Origin: an uncultured Actinomycetes bacterium
Lineage (GTDB): Bacteria > Actinomycetota > UBA4738 > HRBIN12
DNA: 64,000 bases
Direction of reading: 5' to 3'
Assembly (NCBI GenBank): GCA_963765865.1
Contig: CAVXYE010000007.1
Location: 277,923 to 341,922, forward strand
The notes beneath the pieces are model-generated. The model did no database searches. It was not told the DNA's origin and saw nothing but the letters and a program-made list of their open reading frames with translations. A program made the translations under genes and the position numbers. The stretch's first letter is position 1. Every line of letters starts with the position of its first letter. Of this stretch, positions 17,672 to 27,354 are shown one piece after another.

Positions 17672-17998
17672 CTAGCCGACCGGTTCGGCCGAGATCTCGA
17701 CCCAACCGTCGACCTCGCGGGCGGTGAACACGGCCAGTGGATCGCGCGCCGGGCCCTCGAGCGGCTCGCCGGTCTCGGCGTCGAACACGCTCTCGCACGC
17801 CGCGCAGAGGAGCCGATCGGATCGATCGTCGAACGAGCCGTCGGCGAGCGCGCACCCCTGGCCCGTGCAGGTCTCGCTGACGGCGAACAGCCGTCGCTCA
17901 TCGTGCGTCACGACGACGCGGCCCGCCGGGACGTCGTAGGCGCGAAGCTCACCCTCCGGGATCTCCGCGAGCGCGCCGACCCGGACGAACTCCGTCAT
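17672..17998 (-). CDS. Rieske-like/NirD-like small ferredoxin-fold protein with Cys in place of the His ligands (CTGQGC...CAAC)
   Basis: 108 aa ([23 protein letters not shown]...). Spacing matches the Rieske CxH...CxxH boxes, but both His are replaced. ATG at 17998 overlaps the upstream stop. Confidence 0.55.
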   Translation of the reverse strand: MTEFVRVGALAEIPEGELRAYDVPAGRVVVTHDERRLFAVSETCTGQGCALADGSFDDRSDRLLCAACESVFDAETGEPLEGPARDPLAVFTAREVDGWVEISAEPVG

Positions 17999-18660
17999 CA
18001 GGCGCCTCGGAGCGCCGAGTACACACGCTGCACGACCGTCACGGTCCCGAGGACGGAAAGGAGCACGAGCACCGGCAGCATCGCGCCGGGGATCACCAAC
18101 CCGATGATCAGCGCGAGCACGCGCTCGAGCCGCTGGAACAACCCGTCGCTCAAGAGGACCCCGGCCGCCTCCGCCTCGGCGCGGATATGGCTGACCACGA
18201 GGCTCACGACGAGCGTGATCAACGCGAGCGCCGCCTCCAGGCTCTTGCCATCGGCCGCCAGACGCCAGAACAAGCAGGAGAACAGGATCATGTCGGAGAC
18301 GCGGTCGAGCACGGAGTCCATGAACGCACCGGCCCGCTTGGCCTCGCCCCGGTGTCGGGCGACCGACCCGTCGAAGACGTCGGACGCGCCGGCGAGGATG
18401 AGGACGCCTCCGGCGGCCAACCACGCCCCGGTCACGATCAGCACGCCCGTGACGACGTTCAACGCGAGGGACAGCAGGGTCAGTTGCCACGGCCGGACAC
18501 CCGTCCAGATGAGGAACGCGAGGATCCCTCGGTACGGCCACGCGAAGACGCGCTGCATCGCGCCACCGGCCGCGCTCTCGTTCTTCCTCGGTGCGGGCAG
18601 GTCGCGCACGCGCGGCGCTTCCCGGACCGGTTGCCCGCGATCTCGCCCGTGGACCGTCAT
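17998..18660 (-). CDS. CDP-alcohol phosphatidyltransferase family protein (PgsA/PssA-like)
   Basis: DGSVARHRGEAKRAGAFMDSVLDRVSD matches D-G-x2-A-R-x8-G-x3-D-x3-D. Start is uncertain: ATG at 18660, 7 nt after the greA stop, or ATG at 18558. Confidence 0.65.
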   Translation of the reverse strand: MTVHGRDRGQPVREAPRVRDLPAPRKNESAAGGAMQRVFAWPYRGILAFLIWTGVRPWQLTLLSLALNVVTGVLIVTGAWLAAGGVLILAGASDVFDGSVARHRGEAKRAGAFMDSVLDRVSDMILFSCLFWRLAADGKSLEAALALITLVVSLVVSHIRAEAEAAGVLLSDGLFQRLERVLALIIGLVIPGAMLPVLVLLSVLGTVTVVQRVYSALRGA

Positions 18661-18667
18661 GACCGGC

Positions 18668-19204
18668 TCAGCCGGAGATCGGCTCGAACGAGACAACCCG
18701 GTAGCGGAAGGTTCCTCCCGGAGCCTCGTAGGAGACCTCGTCTCCTTCGGATGCGCCCATGAGCGCCGAACCGAAGGGCGACGAGGTCGTGACGGTCCGT
18801 GCTCCGGGCGCCTTCTCCTCGGCGTGTTCCGCCAACAGGTAGGTCTCGTCCTCGTCTTCGAGATCGAGCGGCTTCACGGTGACGATCATGCCGGGACCGA
18901 CCTCGTCCGCGGAAGCGGGCGCCTCAACGATCTCGGGGTCCCGCAGCATCGCCTGGATGTTGCGGATGCGCGCCTCCATGAGTCCCTGCTCGTTCTTCGC
19001 GGCGTCGTACTCGGCGTTCTCGCGGATGTCGCCGTGCTCGCGCGCGGCCTTGATGCGTTCGGCGATCGTGTCACGGCCGGAGATCGTGAGCTCCTCCAGC
19101 TCCGAACGGAGCCGGGTGTAGGCGTCTAACGTCAGCGTCGCCGTCGGCTCCTGGCCGGCGGGGCGCGGTGGACGATTGCGCAGCTCCTCGGGGAGTTCGG
19201 CCAT
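18668..19204 (-). CDS. greA: Transcription elongation factor GreA
   Basis: N-terminal coiled coil (TLDAYTRLRSELEEL...) and C-terminal FKBP-like domain (GMIVTVKPLDLEDEDETY...SPFGSALMGASEGDEV). Confidence 0.9.
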   Translation of the reverse strand: MAELPEELRNRPPRPAGQEPTATLTLDAYTRLRSELEELTISGRDTIAERIKAAREHGDIRENAEYDAAKNEQGLMEARIRNIQAMLRDPEIVEAPASADEVGPGMIVTVKPLDLEDEDETYLLAEHAEEKAPGARTVTTSSPFGSALMGASEGDEVSYEAPGGTFRYRVVSFEPISG

Positions 19205-19228
19205 CCGCCAGAGTCTAGCCAGCAGCGT

Positions 19229-21319
19229 CTAGCCAGGTGCGAAGGGTGCGTCCTGCGGGGCCGGCGCGTCGCCCGAGGGGAGCCAGACCAGGAACGATGC
19301 CCCGCCGCCATCCCGCTCCTCGGCCCAGGCCTTGCCCCCGTGCAGCTCCGCGAACCGCGCCACGAGCGTGAGTCCGATCCCGGAGCCGGGAGCATGCGTT
19401 GCGGCGTTCACCCCTCGTTCGAAGGCGCCGAAGACACGTTCGCGGTCCTCGGGCAGGAGCCCCGGACCATCGTCCTCGATCGCCAGGATCGCGCCGCCGT
19501 CGCCGGGCTGGACCCGGACCCAGATGTGAGCGTCGGGGGGCGTGTGCCGGGCCGCGTTCACCAGCAGGTTCTCGACGATCCGCTCGACCTTGGGGACATC
19601 GATCGCGACCGTTGTCGTGATCGCGTCGACGGTCACCACTCGGTCGGCGACCGCATCCGATTCGGCGACCACGTTCCGTACCACGTCGGCGAGGTCGACG
19701 GTCGCCCGCTGGGGTTCCAAGAGGCCCTGCGAAAGCCGGTCGAGGTCCAACAGATCCGTCACGAGTCGCAGCAGCTTGCGCGCGTTGCCGGCGATCCGGC
19801 GGACGAGGTCCCGCTGGACCTCCGGGTCGAGCTCGACGTCCTCACGCTCCAGCGTCAGCGCGCTCCCGAGCAAGGTGGTGAGCGGTGTTCGCAGGTCGTG
19901 CGAGACGGCCTGCAGGAACGTGTTCTTCAGCTCATCGAGCGAACGGAGGCGGGCGGAGGCCTCGCGCTCGATGTCCAATGCGCGAGCGAGGTCCTCCTCC
20001 GCTTGCTTCAAGGTCGTGATGTCGAACATCACGCCCGACCAGAAACGGGGTTCGCCGTTCTCGTCGCGCACGACCTGGGCTTGGTCGAGGACCCAGACGA
20101 CCCGGGTGTCGGGGCGGTACATCCGGTATTCGATCGAGAACGGCTCGAGCGTGCGTTCGGTGCGCTCGTCCTCCGCGTTCACGCGTTCCCGGTCGTCGGG
20201 ATGCACGAGCTCGAACCACATGCGCCGGGTCATGAACTCGTCGGGAGTGACCCCGAGCATCTGTTCGATGCCCGGGCTCGTGTACAGCGGGACGTAGTCC
20301 TCCCCGATCACGTTCACGTAGACCACGGCGGGGATCTGCTCGACCAGCGTCCGATAGAGCTCTTCGGTCTCGCGCAGGCTCCGCTCCGTCTGCTGCCGAT
20401 GGATGGCGGCCCCGAGCGTTCCGGCGGCCGCGCGGAGGGCGTCGATCTCGGCGCTCGTCCATCCGCGCTCGTGTTCGCAATCGTCGAACCCGATCGAGCC
20501 CCACCACTCCTTCCCGGCGAACACGGGCATGTCGAGGAGCGAGACGATCCCCTGCGACGCGAAGTCGTCCTTCGTTGCCGGGGGAAGGTCGGCGACGTTC
20601 ACCATCCAGGGCTCGCCGCGGCCGAGCGCTGCGCGCCATTCGTCCTGGGAGGGATCGAAGGCTTGGTCGATCGTCGCGGGGTTCCCGATCTGAGGCTCCA
20701 CGCCCGGTGCGCACCACTCGAAGCGATTGGTCGACCCGCGCTCACCGCTCGACAGCACCACGTTCTCGAACACGTGCGCACGCGACACCGCCGCTCCCTG
20801 CCCGAGCCGTCGCAGGACCTCATCGATCGCGTCCTCCCAACGGTCGGCCTGCAGGAACAACTGTGCCGCCGCGCCGATCGTTTCGAGGATCGCATCGCGC
20901 CGACCGAGCGCCAGCTCCTGCCGGACGGCCGCCGAGGCGTCCGTGAACGACGCGATCAGGTGCGGCTCACCGTTCAGCTCCGTGAGTCCGACCGCCATCC
21001 GGGCGACCGCGTCGCGCCCGTCGGGCAGCCGATAGTGGATCCGGGTGACGAGATCCCTCGCGTCACGCTCGTCGAGCGCGGCGACCTCGCGGAGCACGGT
21101 CGCCGCGTCCGTCGCGTCGATCAGGCCGATCTCATCGGGCCGTCGCCCGAGGAGATCGGCCAACGACCGGCCGCTCGCACGTTCGAAGGCCGGATTCGCA
21201 GCAACGAAGGTCAGATCGTGCATCCGAAGGACGCACATCGACGACGGGTGATCGCGGAACGTGGCCTCGTAGACCTGGCCGAGTGACTCTCTCGTGCGGG
21301 CATCCTTCATCACGGCCAC
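19229..21319 (-). CDS. Sensor histidine kinase with PAS-GAF-PAS input domains (HisKA + HATPase_c); no adjacent response regulator
   Basis: 696 aa. H-box LQAVSHDLRTPLT and G-boxes IEDDGPGL, GSGIGL. Confidence 0.85.
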   Translation of the reverse strand: MAVMKDARTRESLGQVYEATFRDHPSSMCVLRMHDLTFVAANPAFERASGRSLADLLGRRPDEIGLIDATDAATVLREVAALDERDARDLVTRIHYRLPDGRDAVARMAVGLTELNGEPHLIASFTDASAAVRQELALGRRDAILETIGAAAQLFLQADRWEDAIDEVLRRLGQGAAVSRAHVFENVVLSSGERGSTNRFEWCAPGVEPQIGNPATIDQAFDPSQDEWRAALGRGEPWMVNVADLPPATKDDFASQGIVSLLDMPVFAGKEWWGSIGFDDCEHERGWTSAEIDALRAAAGTLGAAIHRQQTERSLRETEELYRTLVEQIPAVVYVNVIGEDYVPLYTSPGIEQMLGVTPDEFMTRRMWFELVHPDDRERVNAEDERTERTLEPFSIEYRMYRPDTRVVWVLDQAQVVRDENGEPRFWSGVMFDITTLKQAEEDLARALDIEREASARLRSLDELKNTFLQAVSHDLRTPLTTLLGSALTLEREDVELDPEVQRDLVRRIAGNARKLLRLVTDLLDLDRLSQGLLEPQRATVDLADVVRNVVAESDAVADRVVTVDAITTTVAIDVPKVERIVENLLVNAARHTPPDAHIWVRVQPGDGGAILAIEDDGPGLLPEDRERVFGAFERGVNAATHAPGSGIGLTLVARFAELHGGKAWAEERDGGGASFLVWLPSGDAPAPQDAPFAPG

Positions 21320-21371
21320 GCCCCCGGGAGCTCCATCGGATGCATCGTAGACCCGACGCCGCCGCGCAGGA

Positions 21372-22340
21372 TCAGCCGAGCGTCGCCTTGAGCACGCGGC
21401 ATGCGCGAAGGGTCACCCACTTGCTGGGACCTCGGCCGGGATCAACGTCCGTCCACAGCCTCCCGCGGTACGGATGCTCGTTCCGCCATCGACCCTCCGG
21501 ATCCTGCTTCGACAACACGAGCTCGATCGCGTGACCCAGCCGGGGATCCTTCGCACGACCGAGCTCCGCCAGCACCTCGAGGTTCTGCAGCGCGTCGGCC
21601 ACGTAGCCGGACGGGAAGCCGAACCGGAACCAGTTTCCGCTGACCGCGGTGTCGGTCGGGTAGTCGGCGATCGCCGGGTCACGGGAGAGCAAGAGCTCGA
21701 CCCCGGCGCCGATCGCGGCGCGGACGACGCGCGTCCGCCGCCTCGGCGGGATCGCCGCCAACCCCCGAAGCGCCTTGATCGCGCCCCAGGCGCACGGCTC
21801 GGCACCGTTGATCCCGCACCGGAATCCTGGTCCCGCCGTGGCCCAGCGGTAGTAGCCGTCGAACCGCTCACCCGTGATCGAGCGCGCCTGCCAGTCGACG
21901 GACGCACGCACCGAAGGATCGTCCAGGAGGCCGAAGTCGATCAGGGCGCGCAGGATGTTGCCGTTGAGGCAATGCACCACGCCGCCGTCGCTGTTGCTCC
22001 AGCCGAACCCTCCGTTCGGAGCCTGCGTGTGCTCAAGGACGTATCGGCACGCACGGCGGACGCGGCGGTCACGAGGATCGGCGCCCATCTGGTCGAGGAA
22101 CATCAGGGACCAGACCGTGCCCGTGTACTTCGGCCCGTACCCCGGCCCCGGCTTCACCCAGTACCCCGGCGCCTCCTGACCGTCGAGGATCGACGAGATG
22201 GGCGGCACGCGCATCGCCGCGGCGCGCGCACGCCGGACCGATGGAGCATCGGCAGGTTCGTCGAGGAGCTCGCGCAGCGCCAGATGACGGATCGCGGGGT
22301 CCCCTCGCTCGAGCAGCCACGGGAGCGGGTCGCCGCGCAA
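21372..22340 (-). CDS. Small alpha/alpha-toroid protein with terpene-cyclase/prenyltransferase-type QW-like repeats
   Basis: 322 aa. QEAPGYW, APNGGFGWSN and QDPEGRW repeats. Confidence 0.5.
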   Translation of the reverse strand: MRGDPLPWLLERGDPAIRHLALRELLDEPADAPSVRRARAAAMRVPPISSILDGQEAPGYWVKPGPGYGPKYTGTVWSLMFLDQMGADPRDRRVRRACRYVLEHTQAPNGGFGWSNSDGGVVHCLNGNILRALIDFGLLDDPSVRASVDWQARSITGERFDGYYRWATAGPGFRCGINGAEPCAWGAIKALRGLAAIPPRRRTRVVRAAIGAGVELLLSRDPAIADYPTDTAVSGNWFRFGFPSGYVADALQNLEVLAELGRAKDPRLGHAIELVLSKQDPEGRWRNEHPYRGRLWTDVDPGRGPSKWVTLRACRVLKATLG

Positions 22341-22367
22341 CGGGCGCTGCCACGCATCCAGCGCGAG

Positions 22368-23798
22368 TCACTCCTCGTTGAAGTAGATGTTCTTCACTTC
22401 GGTGTACAGGGCGGCCGCGTGCATGCCCATCTCCCGGCCGAACCCGCTCTGCTTGTAGCCCCCGAACGGCGCCTCGGTGAGGACGCTGCTCGAGGAGTTC
22501 ACGCTCAGCACGCCGGTCCGGACCCCTTTCGCCACGCGGATCGCGCGACCGATGTCACGGGTCCAGATCGAGCCCGACAACCCGTAGGGAGAGTCGTTCG
22601 CGATCCGGATGGCCTCGTCCTCGGTATCGAACGGGATCATGGCCACCACGGGACCGAAGATCTCCTCGCGGGCGACGCGCCACGCGTTGTCGACGTCGGC
22701 GAGCACGCACGGGCGGAGGAAGTACCCGGCGCCGTCCGGGACCTCGCCCCCGGTGACGAGCTTCGCGCCCTCCTGCACACCGACCTCGATGTAGTCCAGG
22801 GACGTCTGCCGCTGGCCCTGGCTGATGAGCGGACCCATCTCGGTCGCCTCCTCCAGCGGGGGACCGACGCGGATCGCCTCGGTCCGCTCCGCGAACCGGG
22901 AGATGAACTCGTCGTACAGCGGTCGCTGGATCAGCTGACGCGATCTGGCGCAGCAGTCCTGCCCCGCGTTGTCGAAGACCGACCAGAGGGAGCTCTCGAC
23001 GCACGCATCGAGGTCGGCGTCGGCGAACACGACGTTCGCCGACTTGCCACCGAGCTCGAGCGACACGCGGGTGATGTTGTCCGCCGCCGCCTGCATCACC
23101 CTCGTGCCGACCTCGGTCGAGCCCGTGAACGAGATCTTCGCCACACGCGGGTCGGCGATCAGCGCGCTCCCCGTCGTCGAGCCGGGACCCGGCAGGACGC
23201 TGAGCGTCCCCTCGGGAAGGCCGGCCTCGGTGAGGATGTCGGCAACGGCAAGGATGGTGAGCGGCGTCTGCGAGGCCGGCTTCACGATCGCGGTGTTCCC
23301 ACACGCGAGCGCCGGCGCGATCTTCCAGCTGGCGATGACGGTCGGGAAGTTCCAGGGCGCGATCAGCACACAGACGCCGACCGGCTCGCGAAGCGTCACG
23401 TCCAGACCGGGTGGCACGACCGGGATCGTTTCGCCGAAGATCTTGTTCGCGGCACCGCCCCAGTACTCGTACACGTTCGCGACGAGGTCGATCTCGGCAC
23501 GGGCGGCGCTGATGGGCTTCCCCACGTTCCGCGCCTCGAGGCGGGCGAGCTCTTCCTGACGCTCGCGGATCAGGAAGGATGCCCGCGTCAGGACGCGGCC
23601 GCGCGCGCGTGCCGCCATGCGCGGCCACGCGCCCTCGTCGAACGCGCGCGCGGCGACACCGACGGCCCGTCGCGCGTCCTCGGGGCCCGCTTCGGCGACC
23701 TCCCAAGCGGGCTCGCCGGTCGCCGGCTCGACGACCTTCGTGGTCGCTCCTTCCGCGGCGCCGACGCGCTCGCCCCCCAGCATCAGCAGCTCCGTCAT
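22368..23798 (-). CDS. NAD(P)-dependent aldehyde dehydrogenase
   Basis: 476 aa. [12 protein letters not shown] (catalytic Glu region), GQDCCARSR (catalytic Cys), FTGSTEVG. Confidence 0.9.
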   Translation of the reverse strand: MTELLMLGGERVGAAEGATTKVVEPATGEPAWEVAEAGPEDARRAVGVAARAFDEGAWPRMAARARGRVLTRASFLIRERQEELARLEARNVGKPISAARAEIDLVANVYEYWGGAANKIFGETIPVVPPGLDVTLREPVGVCVLIAPWNFPTVIASWKIAPALACGNTAIVKPASQTPLTILAVADILTEAGLPEGTLSVLPGPGSTTGSALIADPRVAKISFTGSTEVGTRVMQAAADNITRVSLELGGKSANVVFADADLDACVESSLWSVFDNAGQDCCARSRQLIQRPLYDEFISRFAERTEAIRVGPPLEEATEMGPLISQGQRQTSLDYIEVGVQEGAKLVTGGEVPDGAGYFLRPCVLADVDNAWRVAREEIFGPVVAMIPFDTEDEAIRIANDSPYGLSGSIWTRDIGRAIRVAKGVRTGVLSVNSSSSVLTEAPFGGYKQSGFGREMGMHAAALYTEVKNIYFNEE

Positions 23799-23957
23799 CG
23801 TTCGTTCCCTTCGTTCGCCGGCATCTCAGACCGTGTTCGCCCGTGACCACGTCGCTCGCGACGCTCTCGGCCTCCCCGACCGTACCGTAGGCTGGCGCGG
23901 GTCTGCTGCCCAGGGCTGCCCACGCCGCGGCCCGATGCCATCGCCGAGGGAGGGTGC

Positions 23958-24725
23958 ATGCGTCTCGAAGGCAAGGTCGCACTGATCACGGGCGGCGGCA
24001 GCGGGATGGGCAAGGTCGCCTCGGAGCTCTTCGCCCGGGAGGGCGCCAGCGTGGTCCTGACCGATGTGAACGACGAGGCGGGGCGGGCGACCGCGTCGGC
24101 GATCGGGAACGATGCGCACTACGTCCACGCGGACGTCTCGCGCGAGGCCGACGCGCAGGCGATGGTGGCGGACGCGGTGGAGCGCTTCGGACGGCTCGAC
24201 GTGCTCTACAACAACGCCGGGGTGATGCTGCCCGACGATGGATCGGTCGACACCACCGACGAGACCATCTGGGACACCACCCTTGCGGTCAACGTCAAGG
24301 GCGTCGCCTTCGGGTGCAAGTACGGGATCCCGGCGATGCTCGGCAACGGCGGAGGCTCGATCATCAACGTCGCGTCCTTCGTCGCGTGGATGGGCGCGGC
24401 GACGTCGCAGACCGCGTACACCGCCTCGAAGGGCGCGGTGCTGGCGATGACGCGCGAGATCGCCGTGGAGTACGCCCGCCGGGGTATCCGCTGCAACGCC
24501 TTGTGTCCCGGACCGATCGAGACGCCGCTCCTGATGCAACTCCTGTCGGACGAGCAGAAGCGGCAACGCCGGTTCGTCCACATCCCGATGGGACGGCTGG
24601 GTCGGGCCGAAGAGCTGGCGAAGGCCGCGCTGTTCCTCGCGAGCGACGACTCCAGCTTCATGACCGGCGCCTCGCTGATCGTCGACGGCGGCATCACCGC
24701 CGCGTACGTAACCCCGGAGGACTGA
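23958..24725 (+). CDS. SDR family oxidoreductase
   Basis: TGGGSGMG Rossmann motif, NNAG, catalytic YTASK. Confidence 0.9.
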   Translation: MRLEGKVALITGGGSGMGKVASELFAREGASVVLTDVNDEAGRATASAIGNDAHYVHADVSREADAQAMVADAVERFGRLDVLYNNAGVMLPDDGSVDTTDETIWDTTLAVNVKGVAFGCKYGIPAMLGNGGGSIINVASFVAWMGAATSQTAYTASKGAVLAMTREIAVEYARRGIRCNALCPGPIETPLLMQLLSDEQKRQRRFVHIPMGRLGRAEELAKAALFLASDDSSFMTGASLIVDGGITAAYVTPED

Positions 24726-25805
24726 ATGACGGTGGACGAAGTCGTATCGGATCGTGACGGGTTCGCGGAGCGGGTCTTCGCCTCGTCGCTCGGCTACTTC
24801 GACATCCTGTCGATCCATCTCGGCCTGCGCCTCGGTCTGTATCGCGCGCTCGCGGACGGCGGCGCGATGACGTCGGACGAGCTGGCGAGCGCGGCCGGCA
24901 TCGACGAGCGCTACGCGCGGGAATGGCTCGAACAACAGGCGACGCGAGCGATCCTCCTCGCCGATCGCGGTGCCGAACCGACCCGGTTCACGCTTCCGCC
25001 CGGGCACGCCGAGGTCCTCCTCGACGGCGACTCGCTGTCGTTCCTGGGCGCGAGCGTCGGCCAACTGATGAGCCTCCCGACCGCGTTCCACGCGGTCGAG
25101 GAAGCGTTCCGCACGGGGGGCGGCGTCCCGTACGACGCGTACGGGAAGGAGAGCGTGGAGGGCCAGGGCGCGAGCAACCGTCCGACCTTCCTCACGACGC
25201 TCCCGAACGAGTGGCTGCCGGCGATCGACGCGATCCACGACCGCCTCTCGGCTGGACCCGCGCGGGTCGTCGACGTCGGCTGCGGCACCGGGTGGTCGTC
25301 GATCGCGATCGCGCGCGCGTACCCGTCGGTCGAGGTCGACGGGTTCGATGCGGATGACACCTCGATCCGGATGGCTCGCGATCATGCGCTCGAGGCGGGG
25401 ATCGCCGACCGCGTCCGCTTCCATCGTGCGGATGCCGCGGAGCTGACCAGCCAGGGACCGTTCGACGTCGCAACGGCGTTCGAATGCATCCACGACATGG
25501 CGCGACCCGTCGAGGTGCTCGGCGCCGTTCGGGAGGCCCTCGTGGATGACGGGGCGATGCTGGTCGTCGACGAGCGCACGAAGGATGCGTTCTCGGGCGA
25601 GCCCGACGACCGCGAGGCGTACTTCTACGGCTGGAGCGTGTTCGACTGCCTCCCGACCGGCATGTACGAACAACCGTCGGCGGGAACGGGCACGGTGATG
25701 CGGGCGTCGACGCTCCAGCGCTATGCGAACGAGGCCGGCTTCACGAGGTTCGACGTACTCCCGATCGAGCACGACGCCTTCCGGTTGTACCTGCTGCGCC
25801 CATAG
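24726..25805 (+). CDS. Class I SAM-dependent methyltransferase with an N-terminal dimerisation/winged-helix domain (O-MT family-2-like)
   Basis: VVDVGCGTGWSSIAIA motif I. Starts directly after the SDR stop. Confidence 0.75.
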   Translation: MTVDEVVSDRDGFAERVFASSLGYFDILSIHLGLRLGLYRALADGGAMTSDELASAAGIDERYAREWLEQQATRAILLADRGAEPTRFTLPPGHAEVLLDGDSLSFLGASVGQLMSLPTAFHAVEEAFRTGGGVPYDAYGKESVEGQGASNRPTFLTTLPNEWLPAIDAIHDRLSAGPARVVDVGCGTGWSSIAIARAYPSVEVDGFDADDTSIRMARDHALEAGIADRVRFHRADAAELTSQGPFDVATAFECIHDMARPVEVLGAVREALVDDGAMLVVDERTKDAFSGEPDDREAYFYGWSVFDCLPTGMYEQPSAGTGTVMRASTLQRYANEAGFTRFDVLPIEHDAFRLYLLRP

Positions 25806-25837
25806 AGGGCAGCCGTCGATCCGTTCGCCGCGGGCCG

Positions 25838-27343
25838 TCAGGCGTTGAAGACCGGGCGGAGCGCTTCGTACACACTGCGATAGCGACCGTACGCGTCCTC
25901 GTACAGCTCGCTCGTCTCGGGGTTCGGCTCATGCACATCCGGCCGGTAGGAGACGAAGGCCTCGACCGCATCCACGATCGAGGCCCGTACGCCGGACGCG
26001 ACCGCCGCGAGGATCGCCGCGCCGGTCGCCGTCGTTTCGATGGAGGTGGGAACCCGGACGGGGAGGCCGGTGACGTCCGCTTTGATCTGCCGCCACAGCG
26101 GGCCCTTGGCCCCGCCCCCCACGATCGTCAGCCGTGCCACGTCGAGTCCGGCGTTCTTCATCGCGTCGAGGATGTCCCGGAGGGCGAACGCGCTTCCCTC
26201 CAGGATCGCACGCGTCATGTGGTCGCGGGTGTGCGCGAGCGTCAGCCCGTAGAAGACCCCCCGGGCGGCGCCGTTCCATTCCGGTGCCATCGCGCCCTGC
26301 ATGCACGGGAGGAAGACCAATCCTTCCGAGCCCGCCTCGACGTGCCCGGCCTCCCGCGACAGGAAGTCGTACGCGTCCCCCAGTCCGACCGACTCCGCGT
26401 CCCGTTCGATCGGGGCGAACTGGTCCCGCCACCATCGCAGGTTGCCGCCGGAGACGAACCCCGGGTTCTCGAGCAGCCAGACGTCGGGGTCGGCGTGGGG
26501 GTGGCATTCGACGAGCATCGTCGGATCCTCGCGCGGCTCCGCGCTCGCGGCGCATACCGGCTCGGCCGTTCCGACGACGTCACAGACCTCACCCGGAGCG
26601 AACACGCCCGCCCCGAGGGTCGCGGCCATCTCATCGCCGCATCCGACCGCGACCACGGTGGAAGGCTCGAGTCCGGTTGCCTCGGCGAACGCGGGCGTGA
26701 TCCCGGCGATCGCCGCCGTCCCCTCGACGACCGGGGGCAACAGGTCCGGGTCGATGTCGACGGCGTCGAGGACCTCCTTGGACCACTCACGCGTCCGAGG
26801 ATCCAGCAAGGCGAGGGACGAGGCGTTCGAGTAGTCGACGCGAAGCTCGCCGGTGGCGTGTCGGAGCACGTAGGAGCCGGGCGGCATCAGATGCGTCGTC
26901 GCCTTCCATGAAGCGGGCTCCTCGTCGCGGATCCAGAGGGCCTTGAACACGGCGTGGGACGAATCGAGGTTCGCACCGACGGCTCGGTAGAAGGCCGACG
27001 GGGCGATGCGTTCGGCGACCGCCGCCGCCTGGGCTTCCGCCCGCCGATCCATCCAGATCATCGCGGGGCGCACCGGGCGACCCGCCGCGTCGCAGGCGAC
27101 CATGCCGTCGAGCTGTGATCCGAAGGAGAGGCCGGCGATCGCCGCCGCGCCGCCGGGACAGAGCTCGATCAGCCTGCGGCACGCCTGTTCGACCCCGGTC
27201 GACCACGCGTCGGGGTCCTGCTCGGCCCACCCCGGCTGCGGGAAGGACAGGTCGTACGGCTCGTACGCCGATCCGACGAGCGTGCCGTCGGCGTCGTAGA
27301 GGGCGCCGTTCGTCCCCTGGCTCCCCACATCGCAACCGATCAC
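25838..27343 (-). CDS. FGGY family carbohydrate kinase
   Basis: MIGCDVGSQGTNGALYD N-terminal motif, C-terminal FGGY_C (GGGAKGPLWRQIKADVTGLPV). Confidence 0.85.
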   Translation of the reverse strand: MIGCDVGSQGTNGALYDADGTLVGSAYEPYDLSFPQPGWAEQDPDAWSTGVEQACRRLIELCPGGAAAIAGLSFGSQLDGMVACDAAGRPVRPAMIWMDRRAEAQAAAVAERIAPSAFYRAVGANLDSSHAVFKALWIRDEEPASWKATTHLMPPGSYVLRHATGELRVDYSNASSLALLDPRTREWSKEVLDAVDIDPDLLPPVVEGTAAIAGITPAFAEATGLEPSTVVAVGCGDEMAATLGAGVFAPGEVCDVVGTAEPVCAASAEPREDPTMLVECHPHADPDVWLLENPGFVSGGNLRWWRDQFAPIERDAESVGLGDAYDFLSREAGHVEAGSEGLVFLPCMQGAMAPEWNGAARGVFYGLTLAHTRDHMTRAILEGSAFALRDILDAMKNAGLDVARLTIVGGGAKGPLWRQIKADVTGLPVRVPTSIETTATGAAILAAVASGVRASIVDAVEAFVSYRPDVHEPNPETSELYEDAYGRYRSVYEALRPVFNA

Positions 27344-27354
27344 GAACGGTCCGC

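Noticed and set aside
19205-19231. Direct repeat CTGGCTAGAC x2 spanning the histidine-kinase stop codon and the greA upstream region
   Set aside because: Only two 10-nt copies, one inside coding sequence. Likely coincidental. Noted in case it is a small regulatory site for greA.
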